From Planctomycetia bacterium (GTDB taxonomy: Bacteria; Planctomycetota; Phycisphaerae; UBA1845; Fen-1342): a stretch of DNA of 64,000 nucleotides. A program made the position numbers and the translations under genes. The stretch spans positions 1,732,616-1,796,615 of the forward strand of contig CP054190.1 in NCBI GenBank assembly GCA_015709575.1, in the 5' to 3' direction. The notes beneath the pieces are model-generated. The model did no database searches, had not been told where the DNA came from, and saw only the letters and a program-made list of their open reading frames with translations. Shown in pieces: positions 27,706 to 35,700 of the stretch. The stretch's first letter is position 1, and each line of letters starts with the position of its first letter.

Positions 27706-28186
27706 GGGTATCTCCGGGCGAGCAGCAGTTCTTGGAAGGGCCGCAGCCTGCGTCAGACGGGTTGCAGGCCGCGTCGGCCGGTCCGCAGCAGGCGTCGATT
27801 GCGGCGGCGATGTCGCGGAATCGCTCTGCCAGCGCGGCGGCGGGGGCTTCATAGCGGACGGTTCGACCGTCGCGCTGCACGCGCAACATGCCTGCGGCGC
27901 GCAGCGCGTGCAGGTGGCGCGAGACGACCGAGAGATCGACGGCGCAGCAGGCGGCGATCTCGCCGACGGAGGCAGGACGAGCGCACTTGAGCAGGCAGCA
28001 GAGCAGGGTGAGTCGGGTGGGGTCGCAAAGCGACTTGAACAGGGCCGGGTCGAGGGCGCGATCCACCGGCTGCCGGCGGCGAGCGGCCTGACGAGGGGAA
28101 AGCGGTCGGCGCGCGGCGGAGCGCCGGACGCTGCCCTGTGGCGGGCGTGGGACACGCGGGCCAATATTGTTGCATGGTTGCGTCAT
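27698..28186 (-). CDS. arsR: ArsR/SmtB-family metalloregulator with Cys-rich C-terminal tail
   Basis: The wHTH reads FKSLCDPTRLTLLCCLLKCARPASVGEIAACCAVDLSVVSRHLHALRAAGML. The tail reads CCGPADAACNPSDAGCGPSKNCCSPG. It overlaps the arsC start by 8 nt. Confidence 0.85.
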   Translation of the reverse strand: MTQPCNNIGPRVPRPPQGSVRRSAARRPLSPRQAARRRQPVDRALDPALFKSLCDPTRLTLLCCLLKCARPASVGEIAACCAVDLSVVSRHLHALRAAGMLRVQRDGRTVRYEAPAAALAERFRDIAAAIDACCGPADAACNPSDAGCGPSKNCCSPGDTHA

Positions 28187-28252
28187 GATGCAAGTATATG
28201 ATCCTGTTGCCCGGGCGTCAAGTCGTGGGCCTGATTGGGGCCGTGTTCCCGC

Positions 28253-28732
28253 TTACAGCGGCGACGGGCCCAGCAGCTCGATCCCGAACTCCGGCGCGAG
28301 CTTCAGGATGCGCTCCACGATCAGTTCGTCGGCGGGCGGTGTTCCGGTGCGGGGGTCCGGAGCGCCGAAGCGGTGAAACAGTTCCTCCCCGCCCGGCGGC
28401 GTGAGCAGCACCAGCAGGCGCGCGGGGGCGGTGCCGCGGTTCTTGAACGTGTGTGGCACGTTTCGCGGCGCGAAGAGCGTCGCGCCGGGGCCGGCTTCGA
28501 AGATCCGGCCATCGACGATGAACGACACGCGGCCCTCGACGATGATGAAGATTTCATCTTCGCGGGTGTGGCGGTGCAGCGGTGGCCCGCCGCCGGGCGG
28601 CAGGCGGATCTCGCAGAGCGAGAGCGCTCCGGAGGTCTGCGGCGCCTGCAGGCGGGTGATGTACAGCTCTCTCGCCGGGCCGTGCGAACGATGACCGGCG
28701 TCGGCGGCAACGAACAGCGGTGGTGAGTTCAA
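28253..28732 (-). CDS. Cupin-domain protein
   Basis: LPPGGGPPLHRHTREDEIFIIVEGRVSF...GATLFAPRNVPHTFKN carries the cupin motifs. Confidence 0.75.
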   Translation of the reverse strand: MNSPPLFVAADAGHRSHGPARELYITRLQAPQTSGALSLCEIRLPPGGGPPLHRHTREDEIFIIVEGRVSFIVDGRIFEAGPGATLFAPRNVPHTFKNRGTAPARLLVLLTPPGGEELFHRFGAPDPRTGTPPADELIVERILKLAPEFGIELLGPSPL

Positions 28733-28970
28733 GCGTGTGACTCCCGTGGAATGCCCAGCGCGCTGGCACGCGGAATCGCGAGGCCGCTGTGCGCATTTCG
28801 GGCACTGTCGATCTGGATTTTACCGCCCGGACGGTTTCTCCGAGCGTCGCGGTTCGCGGCAGTATCGGCGCGAGGGTACAGTGCGGATTCGTGCCGGCGC
28901 GCAGCGCGCGACCGGCCCCGGACGCGCGATCGTCGCGCGACGGTTCAGGACATCGCACGGGAGAGCACCG

Positions 28971-29399
28971 ATGCCGCAGTACGTGGACGGATTCGTGTTG
29001 CCGATTCAGACGTCGAAGGTGGCCGCGTATCGCAAGATCGCCACGGCCGCTTCCAGGGTATGGATGGATCACGGCGCGCTGGCGTACGTCGAGGCTGTTG
29101 GCGAGGACCTGGACCAGAAGCAGATGGTCGCGTTTCCCAAGCTGGCCGGCGCAAAGAAGGGGGAGACGGTCATCTTCGCCTGGGTGGTGTACAAGTCGCG
29201 GGCGCATCGTGATCGCGTCAATGCGGCCATCATGAAGGACCGTCGCATCCTCGAGATGATGTCTGGCAAGGCGATGCCGTTTGATTGCACGCGCATGGCG
29301 TATGGCGGCTTTGAAGTGCTCGTCCAGGCGGCGGCCAGGGCGAAGGCGAAGGCCAGGTCAAAAGCGGCCGGAAGCTCGAAGTCGAAGGCCGGGAAGTAG
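28971..29399 (+). CDS. DUF1428-family protein with Lys/Ala-rich C-terminal tail
   Basis: MPQYVDGFVLPIQTSKVAAYRKIA...GETVIFAWVVYKSRAHRDRVNAAIMKD...MPFDCTRMAYGGFEV. GGGAGA lies upstream of ATG 28971. Confidence 0.7.
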   Translation: MPQYVDGFVLPIQTSKVAAYRKIATAASRVWMDHGALAYVEAVGEDLDQKQMVAFPKLAGAKKGETVIFAWVVYKSRAHRDRVNAAIMKDRRILEMMSGKAMPFDCTRMAYGGFEVLVQAAARAKAKARSKAAGSSKSKAGK

Positions 29400-29451
29400 G
29401 CAGGCTGGACCCGCTGCCGCCGCCGGGTGCATCCGGTGGTCGCGGGCGGGG

Positions 29452-31023
29452 TCAGCAGCGCTCGACGACGACGATCGTCATGTCGTCGGCCTGGTGCAGC
29501 GATCCTTCGCGGCGGTCGAGCGCGCGCTGCAGCGCCTCAATCAGGGCCGTCGCTCCGAGCGGCGCCAGTTCGCGCAGCAGGGGCGCGAATGCCGGCCGCG
29601 AGCGGCTGTCCGCCGCCGGAAGCAGCAGGATGTCCTCGAGGCCGTCGGTGTAGAGGATGATCTTGTCGCCCGGGGCGAGCGCGATGCGCACCTCGTCGAA
29701 GTCGGGGGGCATGTCCGGCACGCCCAGCAGCGGACCCTCGGGCGTCAGCTCACGCAGTTCGCCGGCGGCGCTGACGAACAGCGGATAGGGATGGCCGCCG
29801 CGGGAAACGCGCAACTCGTGAGTGCGGGTGTCGATCGTGCCATACACGGCCGTGACGAAGTTTTGGCTGGGCAGGTTTTGACGCGCGAGCGCCTCGTGCA
29901 ACAGCGCGAGCGCCTCGACGGGCTGCTCGATGCGCGCGCCGGGCGCGTCAAGCGGGCGACCGTGCAGCGTTTGCCGGAGGAACATCGTCATGATGCCGGC
30001 GGCCAGGCCGTGCCCCATGGCGTCGGCAAGGAACACGCCCACGTGATGCTCGCCGATGCGGAAGAAATCGTAGAGGTCACCGCTGACCCAGGTGGCCGGC
30101 TGGTACAGCGCGGCGCATTGCAGACCCGGCAGCGAGAGCGTCGCATTGGGGAGGAAGTCGCGCTGCAGGCGACCGGCGAGGCGCAGCTCCTGATCGACCT
30201 CGGCGAAATAGCGGTTGAGCTGGCGGCCCAGGCGCTCGAGATGCTCGATCTCGCGCTCCAGCCGCGTCACCATCGGGCCGTAATGCGAAAGCGTGAGCAG
30301 GCGTCCGATCAGCTCGTCCACCGCGGTTTCCGGCGGTGCGAACTCGACGTTGCCGGTCGCGCCGGCCGCGCTTTGCGCCTGTCCCCACACCAGCACCGGC
30401 ATTCCCTGGGCGGAAAGCGAATCGACGATCCGGCTGAGATCAGGCGTTGGTCCAACCGGTGCCGGGAGTGGGGTGCGTTCGGACGAACCTGCCATGCTCC
30501 CGGCGCGGCCAAGCGCGGATGGTGGCGAGTGGGTGGTAATTGCCGGGTCGGCGGTGATGATGAGTGCGACTTCGCTGATCGTGCCGAATCCGGACAGGTG
30601 GGCCGCGGCGCTCGCGCTGATGGATGCGATCGAGTCCGTCGCCGTGCCGCCGTCTGAGGCGCCGGAACCGGCGAATCGTGCTGAGGAGGCCGGGCGTGGT
30701 ATCTGGCCGTCGGCCGCTGTCGCCTGCCCGGTAAGGGTGCCCGTGGGCAGGGGGGTCGAATCCAGTCCGCGGCGCTGCGCAGCGCTGGCGAAGGCCGCCG
30801 CGCGTGCGTCGTCGAAGGACAGGACGCGGATTCTGGGGGCGCGCAGCATCGGCGGGCTTTCCGAGGCGACGGGAGTGCGCAGCGCACCGCGCGCAGCGCC
30901 TTCCCACGAGGATGCCTTCGGAGACGCGGGGGCAGCGCTTAAGCGGAAGGTGCTGAAACAGGCGATTGCCGAGCGCCCGGCCATTCGTGCGCGAAGCTCG
31001 CCGCCTGCGGCAGGTCCGATCAC
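29452..31023 (-). CDS. PP2C/SpoIIE-family serine phosphatase with degenerate receiver-like N-terminal region
   Basis: The C-terminus reads LQRDFLPNATLSLPGLQCAALYQPATWVSGDLYDFF...VFLADAMGHGLAAGIM...SRGGHPYPL...ILYTDGLED...ADDMTIVVVE. The N-terminus has RIRVLSFDD...ALIITAD...MPVLVW, reminiscent of a CheY-like fold. The start is uncertain (ATG 30849 is an alternative). Confidence 0.75.
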   Translation of the reverse strand: MIGPAAGGELRARMAGRSAIACFSTFRLSAAPASPKASSWEGAARGALRTPVASESPPMLRAPRIRVLSFDDARAAAFASAAQRRGLDSTPLPTGTLTGQATAADGQIPRPASSARFAGSGASDGGTATDSIASISASAAAHLSGFGTISEVALIITADPAITTHSPPSALGRAGSMAGSSERTPLPAPVGPTPDLSRIVDSLSAQGMPVLVWGQAQSAAGATGNVEFAPPETAVDELIGRLLTLSHYGPMVTRLEREIEHLERLGRQLNRYFAEVDQELRLAGRLQRDFLPNATLSLPGLQCAALYQPATWVSGDLYDFFRIGEHHVGVFLADAMGHGLAAGIMTMFLRQTLHGRPLDAPGARIEQPVEALALLHEALARQNLPSQNFVTAVYGTIDTRTHELRVSRGGHPYPLFVSAAGELRELTPEGPLLGVPDMPPDFDEVRIALAPGDKIILYTDGLEDILLLPAADSRSRPAFAPLLRELAPLGATALIEALQRALDRREGSLHQADDMTIVVVERC

Positions 31024-31062
31024 TCACGGCTGCGCGCGAACGACAGAACAAGTGCCCTGTGC

Positions 31063-31623
31063 TTAGCGCGCCTGTGTCGTGATTTCGGCGGGGATCAGCA
31101 GGCGGTCTCCCTCGGCAATTCCCAGGGCGGCGAACGCGCCTGCCTTCATCTCCAGCGCGAACATGGCCGGCTCGTCCGAGGGGAAGGATTGCAAAGTCAG
31201 TGGCGGCATGCGGTGCGTGCGCACGATGGTGCCGTCAAAACGGGCGAAGGCGATGTCCAGCGGGATGATCGTGTTTCGCATCCAGAAGCCGCGGTGTGCC
31301 TCCTCGCGGAAGACGAACAACATGCCCTGATCGTCGGCGATTTCCTCAGCGGTGACGTGCATCAGTCCTTCGGCGCGGGTGCTATCGTTGACGGCCAGCC
31401 AGACGCGCAGGACCCGATCCTTGGCGGCGATTTCGCCCGTCGGCAGCGTGCTCAGCGGATGCTCTCGCAACTGATCGCTCCGTTTGCCGTTTGAGTCGCC
31501 GGAGGCGGATCCGCCGGGGGAAGTGCCGACGCAGCCGCCAATGAACGCCTGCAGCGCGGCGATGCAGATCATGGTCGTTCTCATCGCACGGCGGCGCACG
31601 GGCTGCTCCTTTGCGGGCCGCAA
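31063..31623 (-). CDS. DUF192-family protein (probable lipoprotein)
   Basis: The signal reads MRTTMICIAALQAFIGGC. GMLFVFREEAHRGFWMRNTIIPLDIAF...ALEMKAGAFAALGI is the DUF192 pattern. Confidence 0.75.
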   Translation of the reverse strand: MRPAKEQPVRRRAMRTTMICIAALQAFIGGCVGTSPGGSASGDSNGKRSDQLREHPLSTLPTGEIAAKDRVLRVWLAVNDSTRAEGLMHVTAEEIADDQGMLFVFREEAHRGFWMRNTIIPLDIAFARFDGTIVRTHRMPPLTLQSFPSDEPAMFALEMKAGAFAALGIAEGDRLLIPAEITTQAR

Positions 31624-31699
31624 TCGACCCTGCGAGTACGATAGGCGCGATCGGCACGGCGGGCAAAGGCACGCCGAATCGGAAGTCGGAGGCCCTGAA

Positions 31700-32446
31700 G
31701 TGCCCGAACCAGTCCGCCTTGAGGGCGTTCTAAACCTCTACAAGCCGACCGGCATCACCAGCGCCAAAGCGCTGTACGCGGTTCGTCGCATTCTGCGCGA
31801 AAAGAAAAGCGGTCATGCCGGAACACTTGATCCGCTCGCCAGCGGGGTATTGTTGCTGTGCTTTGGGCGCGCGACGCGGCTGGTCGAGCGCCTGATGAAT
31901 CTGCGCAAGGGCTATGAAGCGACCATCCGGCTCGACGTCACCAGCGACAGCCTGGATGTTGACTCGCCGCTTGTTCCGGCGCAGTGCGCTAGTGTTCCAA
32001 CCGAGGCGGGTGTGCGGTCGGCGCTGGCGACGTTCATGGGTGCGATTCAACAGGTGCCGCCGGCCGTGTCGGCCCTCAAGATCGGCGGCGTACCGGCCTA
32101 CAAGCTGGCGCGCCGCGGACAGGCGCCGGAATTATCAGCCCGGACGGTCCACGTCTACGCGGCGGAATTGCTTGCGTACGAGTGGCCTGTGGTGCGGATT
32201 CGTGTGGAATGTGGGCGGGGGACGTACATCCGCGCGATTGCCCGCGACCTGGGCGCCGCGCTCGGTTGCGGGGGCTGCATCATGGCGCTGGAGCGAACCT
32301 TTGTCGGGCCGTTCGAGGCGTCCTCCGGCTGGACACTGGAGCGGCTTGGCCTCGTCCCGGAGCCGTCCTCAGCGCTGCAATCGGTCCAGAGCTTGATGCC
32401 GATGCTGCCTGACGCGCCGACCGGCTCGGGTAACGGTTTGCGGTAA
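31700..32446 (+). CDS. truB: tRNA pseudouridine(55) synthase
   Basis: LNLYKPTGITSAKALYAVRRIL...GHAGTLDPLASGVLLLCFGRATRL. GTG 31700 follows GGAGG at 8 nt. The track ORF start 31484 overlaps the preceding gene region. Confidence 0.9.
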   Translation: MPEPVRLEGVLNLYKPTGITSAKALYAVRRILREKKSGHAGTLDPLASGVLLLCFGRATRLVERLMNLRKGYEATIRLDVTSDSLDVDSPLVPAQCASVPTEAGVRSALATFMGAIQQVPPAVSALKIGGVPAYKLARRGQAPELSARTVHVYAAELLAYEWPVVRIRVECGRGTYIRAIARDLGAALGCGGCIMALERTFVGPFEASSGWTLERLGLVPEPSSALQSVQSLMPMLPDAPTGSGNGLR

Positions 32447-32728
32447 ATGGGTTTGCATTTGATCCGCGCTGGGTGACCGGTTTTGCGGTTGCACAACGAT
32501 TTGCACTTGGGTTGGGGTGGAATCCGCACTATCTTAACGTGATCTTTGCGATGTAGCGGTAGAGTCGCAGCCGGAAGGTTGGAAAAAGCAGCACCCGTCT
32601 TTGATAGCGGATCGCCGGCGTCGCGTGGCGGCGTTGTGCGTTTGCGGAATTCGCGGCGCGGTCGCCGCGCGAATCGATTACGAGTGGATCGCTTTGGAAC
32701 GGCGGACCCCCTAACTCGAGGAGCAGAC

Positions 32729-35700
32729 ATGGGTATCGGGTCGAAGATTACGCGCTGTTGCATGACAGCCGTGCTGGCCACATTTTGTGGCACAGCGCTG
32801 GCCGCCTCGGACCTGGTGATCAGCCAGGCCTACGGCGGCGGCGGGAACACCGGTGCGACGTACAACCGCGATTTCATCGAGATTTTCAATCGCGGTGCCT
32901 CGCCGATCGATCTTGCCGGCAAGTCCGTGCAGTATGCGTCGGCGACGGGCACGTCCTGGTCGAAGTTTGACCTGCCGACGTTCACCCTTCAGCCGGGTCA
33001 GTACTTCCTCGTTGGCGGTGCGAGCGGTGCCAACGGCGCCGCGCTGCCGACGGTGGACGGTTCGAGCAGCATCAACCTGGCGGCTGGTGCGGGCAAGGTC
33101 GCACTGGTGGACAGCACGACGGCCCTGACCGGCAACGGCTGTCCGATCGCAGCGCCGATCATCGACTATTTGGGATTCGGTGCCACGGCGAACTGCTCGG
33201 AGGGCACGACCACACCGACGATCAGCGGCAACGTCACTGCGAACATCCGCAATGATGACGGTTGCACGGACACGGATGACAACGGCGCGGACTTTTCGCA
33301 GGGCACACCGACCCCGCGCAACTCCTCCTCGACGCTGAATCCGTGCGGTGGAGACCCGACCGGCGCCTGCTGCGATTCGAACACCAACACCTGCTCGCTG
33401 ACTACCGCAGCGGCGTGCGTCGGCGCAGGGCTGAGCTATCTCGGCGACGGTGTGAGCTGCGGGTCGAACGCGTGCGGCTTTCCGACCGGCGCTTGCTGCA
33501 ACGGCGGCGTCTGCACGATCAAGAACAACCAGGAGTGCACGGCCGGCAGCGGCACGTACCAGGGCAACGGCTCGACCTGCACGCCGAATCCGTGCGTCAG
33601 CTGCATCAACATCGCGGCGGCCCGCGCGGCGGCCCCGGGGTCGTATGTGAAGCTGTGCAACGTCGTGATCGCCTCGACCGAGGACCTGATCAATTCGGCC
33701 ACCAGCAAGAGCTTCACGCTTCAGGACGCCAGCGGCGGCATCACCGTCTTCGGCACCAACGCCGTGATCGACGGCATCCTGCTCGGACGCACTGCCGGAG
33801 ATCGCATTGATCTTGAAGGCACGACCGGCATCTTCAATGGCCTGTCGCAGATGATAGCGCCGTTCGGGCCGGTCACGTTCGTGGACAGCCCCGGCGTTCC
33901 CGCCGCGCAGCTTGTCACCGGCGCGGACTTCGAAGAAGGCGGCCCGGGTGAGTCGTTCGAGAGCGAGATCGTGGAGGTCCGCTGCGTGACGTTCAGCACC
34001 GGCGGCACCTTCACGGGCAACGCGAACTTCAACGCGACCGACTCCAACGGCGATCCGGTCGTCGTGCGCATCTCACGGACCGATCAGGACATCGCCGGCA
34101 CGCCGATCCCGAGCGGTCCGGTGGATATCGTTGGCGTCTTTACGCAGAACGACACCACCGACCCGCGTGACGGTGGGTATCAGCTCCTACCGCGCACGCT
34201 GGCGGACTTCACGGATCCCAGCCCGAACTGCCCGCCCGCCCCGACCGGCGCCTGCTGCAACGGCCGCGTCTGCTCGGTCGTTTCAGCGGCGGTGTGCACG
34301 ACCGGCGGCGGCACGTACCAGGGCAATGACTCGGTCTGCTCACCGAATCCCTGCCTGCCGTGCGACACGACCGCCTCGGCCGAGGCGCTGCCGATCGGCA
34401 CGCGCGTCAAGCTGTGCGACATCGTGATTTCGAGCACGACCGACCTGATCAACAGCACGGCCAACAAGCATTTCCACGCTCAGGACTCGGCCGGCGGCAT
34501 CACGATCTTCGGCACGAATGCCGTGATCGACCCGCTGCTGGCGCTGGCCGGCGTGGGTGACCGCATCACGATCGAGGGCACGACCGGCACGTTCAACGGG
34601 CTGTTCCAGCTTCAGGCGCCGTTCGTGTTGATCAGCGTCACGGCGGACACGGCTCCGACGCCGGACGTGGTGACCGGCGCGGACTTCCAGGAAGGCGCGG
34701 CCAATGCGGAGTTCGAGGAGAGCCGGCTGGTTCGCCTCAACTGTGCGACGTTCGTGCAGACGGGCTTGTTCGCGGGCGTGACGACCTACCAGGTCAACAC
34801 CGGTGCAGGCCAGGTGAACGTCCGTGTTGCGACGACCGCTCTGGATCTTGTTAACCAGGCGATCCCGACCGATCCGGTGGACATCATCGGCATCTTCTCG
34901 CAGCTCGACGCGACCGATCCGCGCGACGGCGGCTACGAGCTGCTGGTGCGCTTCTACTCGGATCTGACCGGCCCGACCTGCCCGACCACCGGCGCCTGCT
35001 GTGTCGGTGTGACCTGCACGCCAGATGTCACCAGCGGCGACTGCACAACGCTCGGCGGCGTGTTCCAGGGGCTGGGCACCGGCTGCTCGCCGAACCCGTG
35101 CGTGCTGCCGACCGGTGCTTGCTGCCTGGCCGGAGTCTGCACGATTGACGAAGAGGCGGACTGCTACGCCGCGGGTGCGACGTACCTCGGCAATAACACG
35201 ACCTGCCCGGGTAGCTGCCCGAATCCGGCGGCTCAGCCGGTGCAGGCGCTGGACCTTGCCTGGGGCAGCAACAGCTCCGTCGGCGGCTCATTGCACCATG
35301 TGCGCAGCGGTTCGGTGATCGGTCGCTGGTCGGTGCGCTTCATGCAGTCGGTGGAGTTTGACAACACCGGCGGCGGCCTCGGCCACGCTCCGAACGGCAA
35401 CCTGCTCGGTGCGGATTTTGGCGATTCCTGCGGCGGCGCACCGGATGACGGCGGTGAGCTGTGGAACATCGCGACGGATGGCTCGGACCGCGCCGAGCGG
35501 CTGTTCCGCGTGAACGGGTTTGAGGGCACTGATTGCGCCCGTACCGTGGGCCTGTCGGTGAATCCGTCGAACAACCTCGTAGCGATGATGGGCCAGACGA
35601 ACGGCACGCTCTATATCCTGAACTACAACGCGGGTGCGAACCCGGGTACGGGAACGGGTGCGAGCGCGTCGGCGAATCTGTCCGTCACGACCGTCGGCCA

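Noticed and set aside
27706-28164. Long form of arsC (299 aa in the track) and other 5'-extended track ORFs: 18280..18387, 24806..24961, 32546..32728, 36932..37408, 48840..49256 and 9727..10038.
   Set aside because: The extensions overlap neighbouring genes or are Arg-rich. Internal starts with good Shine-Dalgarno sequences produce proteins that begin exactly where the family homology, signal peptide or lipobox begins.
28183-28203. ArsR operator at the arsR start (AT-rich CATGATGCAAGTATATGATC).
   Set aside because: It contains only a direct ATGAT-N8-ATGAT repeat, not the imperfect inverted repeat typical of ArsR/SmtB operators. It also overlaps the start codon. The evidence is insufficient for a call.
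32479-32493. Sigma-54 promoter candidate (GG-N10-GC spacing in cGGTTTTGCGGTTGCA) upstream of the giant gene.
   Set aside because: Only the GG and TTGCA parts fit. The -24 element (TGGCAC) is otherwise absent. No sigma-54 activator or rpoN is in the window.
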